A DNA stretch of 57,000 bases, counting the filler, from Bipalium vagum (lineage: Eukaryota), in the NCBI GenBank assembly GCA_037834085.1. It is 3 parts of 3 records of this genome, joined end to end, with 100 filler letters (N's around TTAATTAATTAA, not from the genome) between each part and the next. Parts side by side here need not be neighbours in the genome. Positions count along the whole stretch, not along the records: positions 34,633 to 57,000 come from JBBMKC010222457.1; 2 more parts are not named here. One strand, given 5' to 3'. The notes beneath the pieces were generated by a model that worked only from the letters and a program-made list of their open reading frames with translations, did not search any database and had not been told where the DNA came from. How positions within the stretch are numbered: the first letter of the stretch is position 1; the number at the start of each line of letters is the position of its first letter. Made by a program: the position numbers and the translations under genes. Positions 52,901 to 57,000 of the stretch are shown in pieces.

Positions 52901-53315
52901 CTTTATTCTTTTTGATAATAATTAAATATTTTAATTAAATAATAAATTTAAAGCTGATTTTGAATAATTTCAATTGGTCATTTATATTTTAATTTTGTTT
53001 ATTATAAAAATATAAATATAAAAATAAATATAATAAAAATACAAAATTAAAATATATATATTTCTTTTATTTTCAACGACATTTAACACATCAGACCAAA
53101 GCTGTGTTGAATTCTTTGAAAAATATTAATTAAAGATTTAATTTGCATAAATATTTTCTGAAATTAAATCGTTTCAAATTTGTAAAGAATGAAAAATTGT
53201 TTCTTAGACAATTTTGTTAAAATAAATTTCAAAACAAAACGGCTTTTTTTTATTATTTTAGTTCTCAATGTGCAGTTTTTTCATTTTAATTATTACTATT
53301 ATTATCATTAAATTC

Positions 53316-53316
53316 A

Positions 53317-53380
<64 letters not shown>
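53316..53380. repeat. (TTA)n microsatellite
   Basis: Direct trinucleotide run. Confidence 0.97.
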
Positions 53381-53383
<3 letters not shown>

Positions 53384-54865
53384 TTATTAATATTATTATC
53401 GATTTTTATTAATATATCGATTTTATTAATAATTTTAAAAATGCACAATAAATGCTCAAATTATTATTTTTTCTTTTAAATAGTTCTCTTACTATTTTTT
53501 ATGTTATTCATTTTAAAGAATTATTTTATGTTTGTCTTTCTTCTAGTATAACAAAAACATTTTCCATGTTCCAACTTTTTCTCCGAATTAATTAATAAAT
53601 TTTAATTTCTACGGAATTTAATATTTTGACTATGGGAAAAATATTTTTAATTCTATTTTATTTATATTTTTGCATTTTTTTAACGAATTATTTATTTTAT
53701 TAAAGTTCTTATATCAGACCTAGACAACATTTATTGATTTAACAGCTACCACTTACAGTATTTTTCATATAATTTAATCAACATTTCATATTATTAAATC
53801 TTTGTTTTAATTTAAAAATTTTATAATGTATAATTAAAACAATGTTATGCAATAATAATAATAATAATAATATATTATTTAGTATTGATTATTTATGGCT
53901 GTTTATTTAAAATAATATTTATTATTTATCGAAGCATAATTGAGTGAAAAAAATTAATGTTGCTTTTAATCCTGAAAAATGAGTTTCTTTATAGCCAAAA
54001 ATTCGCTTTGTCAATTTAACATTATTTTATGAATGCTTAGTTTTTAATTCGTTATATTCAGGCACATTTTGTATTTGATCGTTTGCGCATTTTAAATAAT
54101 TTCCAAAATCCGATAGTGTTCATAGAAGAAGATCATTATTTAGCTGAAGATTTTCTCCATGTGTTGAGATTGATGCTGGAGAATAAAAAGAAGTTATTTT
54201 TATATAATTATATCATATATATGAATATATCTGTACCTTTCAATATTAAAATACTCAGAACATCATGGAAACAGTGAAGTTTTATAATAAAATCCTCATG
54301 TAAAATAATAATAATAATAATAAAAAGAATGATAATATTTTATATAATTTGACATGTTTAATAATAACCGATCTGTGAAAAATGAGAACTATATCCGAAG
54401 CCCCACAAAAAATAATTATAACTCTTTGGTAGCGTCCTTTTCTGTTTGGAATTGGACTTTTCACAGATGAAAATATTTTGGAAGAAAAGGAGATTTTTAT
54501 CGGTCACATGCAATAATAATCAATATAATTAAAACAATATTTTGATAAATAATAAAATAATATTTTGATGAGGGAGGTCTTGTGTCAATATTTTGTTTAT
54601 GACTCCCCAAATCGGAATTATTAAACTAAAAATCAATCATCACTCTTTGGGATTTTCGATTATTTATCGTTTTAAAGTTTATTGTTTAATTTAATATCTG
54701 ATTAAATTTAAACACTACTTATTATTAGATCATTCAAAAAGCCATGTCTGTTTGCAAATATTATTTTTACAAAAAATTAAAAATATACAAATAAATATAA
54801 ATCCGGTTATTCATACATTATGAAACAAATTTATTTTTGTTTAAATATATTTCTTTTTTAAAAAA

Positions 54866-55326
54866 TGGCATCTGAAATAAGCGGTAAAATCAAAAAACAT
54901 TTTTTAATGGAATTTTGTGAAATCGGGTGAAACCAATGCCGTAAAAAAATCATAAGAAGCTTTCTAATGTCTATAAAACTGAGACAATCGATGTCAGCTA
55001 CGTCAAAGGATGGATGAATTATTTTAAGAACGATGAATCTAATGTTTTAGACAAACATAGATAGAATTATCACAATTAATAAGAATACCCATTGGAAGTG
55101 TTGATTCTGTAACTCAACAATTAGGATTCAAGAAACTTGTGTCACAGTAGGTCCAAAAATTGTTGACTGATGAAATTAAGAAAAAAACGAATTGAATTTG
55201 GATCACTAAAAGATCCCTTTAAAGGTGCCATTACTGGTGATGAAACATGGATTTACTATCACAATTCAGAAACAAATGAAGAAAGTCAGGAATGGTGCAG
55301 TCCTTATTCACCCACACCAAAAAAGC
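54866..55326 (+). mobile_element. Mariner 5'-half remnant
   Basis: LGFKKLVSQ*VQKLLTDE and ITGDETWIYYHNSETNEESQEWCSPYSPTPKK. Confidence 0.8.
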
Positions 55327-56741
55327 AATTATTTTAATTCACTTACACAATTTTTATTTTAAATTTTATATTATTATTAACATTTTCCTTTGTTATTAAA
55401 GGATTAAATTTTAATTAATATTAAATATTAAATAATAAATCATAAATATTTTTAAAATAAATTTTAAAGTATTATATATTAAAATTTAACCCTTAATATA
55501 AAATAAGTTTTTAATAATTTTAATAAACTTTGATTTTATTTAAAAATTAAATAATTAAATTAATTTTAATAAAAGTTTTAGATAATTAATTTGTTTAAAT
55601 AATGGATAAAAAGAGGACACTTATTAAATCTATACAATTATTTACTTCGAATAAAAATATTACCAAATCTTAAGTTTATTAATTCTGAAACTGTCGATAA
55701 CATGGCAGTAACTAACAGTTATAATTTAAGTTGTTTAAATTTAGATTTTAAGATTTAAAATTCCCTTGGTTTGATTAAGTTCTGTATAATGACAAACAGA
55801 GAGATTAATTGGAAGATGAATAAACTCATTTGATTATGGAAAGCATTGTTTATGTATGTTTTTTATCAATCTCTCCCTTTCTCGTGAAATAATTCTCATA
55901 AGTCTGATAAAATTAAACATAATTATTATTAAAACAACTTATCAGATGATAATAATAGATTTTATATTTAATTTAAGGTAACAAATGTAATGCGCTCCTT
56001 ATTATTTATATGTAACAGTTTTTAAAAGTTATACTGGTGTTGCTATATAAAATATAAATAATTTGCAAAATACGTAGTATAATATAAAAGAGATATAATA
56101 GTATAATACAAAACCATTATTTGTAAAATCTTTTTGCCATTACATTTATGTGCAGAGTACACAGTTCAGTGATATTAATATCAATATTTAACATCATTAT
56201 ATATTATATATCATTATAAATAATATCAATATATTAATTAATTTAACTTTCAAATGAACCTGAATCATTTCATTCTGATTCGAAGTATAATAATAGAAAA
56301 TATCAATGCTTTTCAATATGAGTCTTTTTTAATGGTAGGAATAAAATGGTGGTATATTCAAACCTCTGAGTATGTGAAAATGATAATGATATTCCGTAAT
56401 AATTAAAAAAAAATCAATAATAATAATAATAAAGTAATAACAAAAGGCATTGTACATGAAATTTGAGAACTAAAAATAATGTAGTGTTCACATTTGTTTG
56501 ATTTATTGCATTTTTATATCTTTTTTCCAGAAAATTCCGTTTATTTAATACATGTATATTATTATTATATATTACTTTTTAATATATTTTATAAACAGCG
56601 ATTATTATTATACATTTCATGATTAATTATTTTGCTGTAACATTTTTAGAAATGAAATATATTATTTATATAGCATACACCATTATAGTATTGTATTTTC
56701 ATAATGGTATTATAATAATAATTATTAATTATTATTATTAC

Positions 56742-56914
56742 AATGAAACTTTAAAATTGGTGATTTTTATCATTATCAAGTTTTATTATGAGATTTAGTT
56801 GAAATGCTCTGATCCCCAAGAATTAGTGAGTATTATATTTCATAAGGATTCCAACTGATTTTAATATACCATAATCTCAGTTAAGCATGAAAACATTCGA
56901 AATGGATGTCACCT
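56742..56914 (+). repeat. ~172-bp dispersed repeat, copy 2
   Basis: Colinear with 43361-43532; flanked by TTA/AAT microsatellite sequence. Confidence 0.9.
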
Positions 56915-56924
56915 TTTAACAACA

Positions 56925-56927
<3 letters not shown>

Positions 56928-56998
<71 letters not shown>

Positions 56999-57000
56999 TT
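56928..57000. repeat. (AAT)n followed by (ATT)n microsatellite in inverted arrangement
   Basis: Direct reading. Confidence 0.95.

Noticed and set aside
1-57000. CRISPR arrays, operons, rRNA or tRNA genes
   Set aside because: No repeat-spacer structure or RNA-gene motifs seen; the sequence is intron-containing eukaryotic DNA.

Overview
Very AT-rich animal genomic DNA. The ~50-nt GT-AG introns, (TTA)n microsatellites and dense ITm transposon debris suggest a planarian-type flatworm (inference, not proven). Host genes: (1) an intronless class-A neuropeptide GPCR of the NPY/sNPF/PrRP-receptor type (7345-8385, -); (2) a multi-exon + strand gene from ~30.6 to at least 43.1 kb that the ORF track only shows in pieces and that resembles the GAIN-proximal ectodomain of a polycystin-1-like (PKD1L) protein; (3) a probable small spliced gene of unknown product at ~15.6-16.2 kb. 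Most other interpretable sequence is decayed TE: mariner DD34D (several subfamily types, including one full-length Mos1-like copy), Tc1 DD34E, DD41D (rosa-like), DD37D (maT-like), pogo/Tigger, piggyBac, and probable Merlin, Gypsy and RLE non-LTR remnants, with two clear nested insertions. There are three assembly gaps, two carrying an artificial TTAATTAATTAA linker. The most unusual observation is a coding-like 34-codon +1-frame tail behind an in-frame TTT-CGA at the GPCR C-terminus. It could be programmed frameshifting, a 1-nt indel or an assembly error. No CRISPR, rRNA or tRNA was recognised. All family assignments come from motif recognition by eye; no database search was run.
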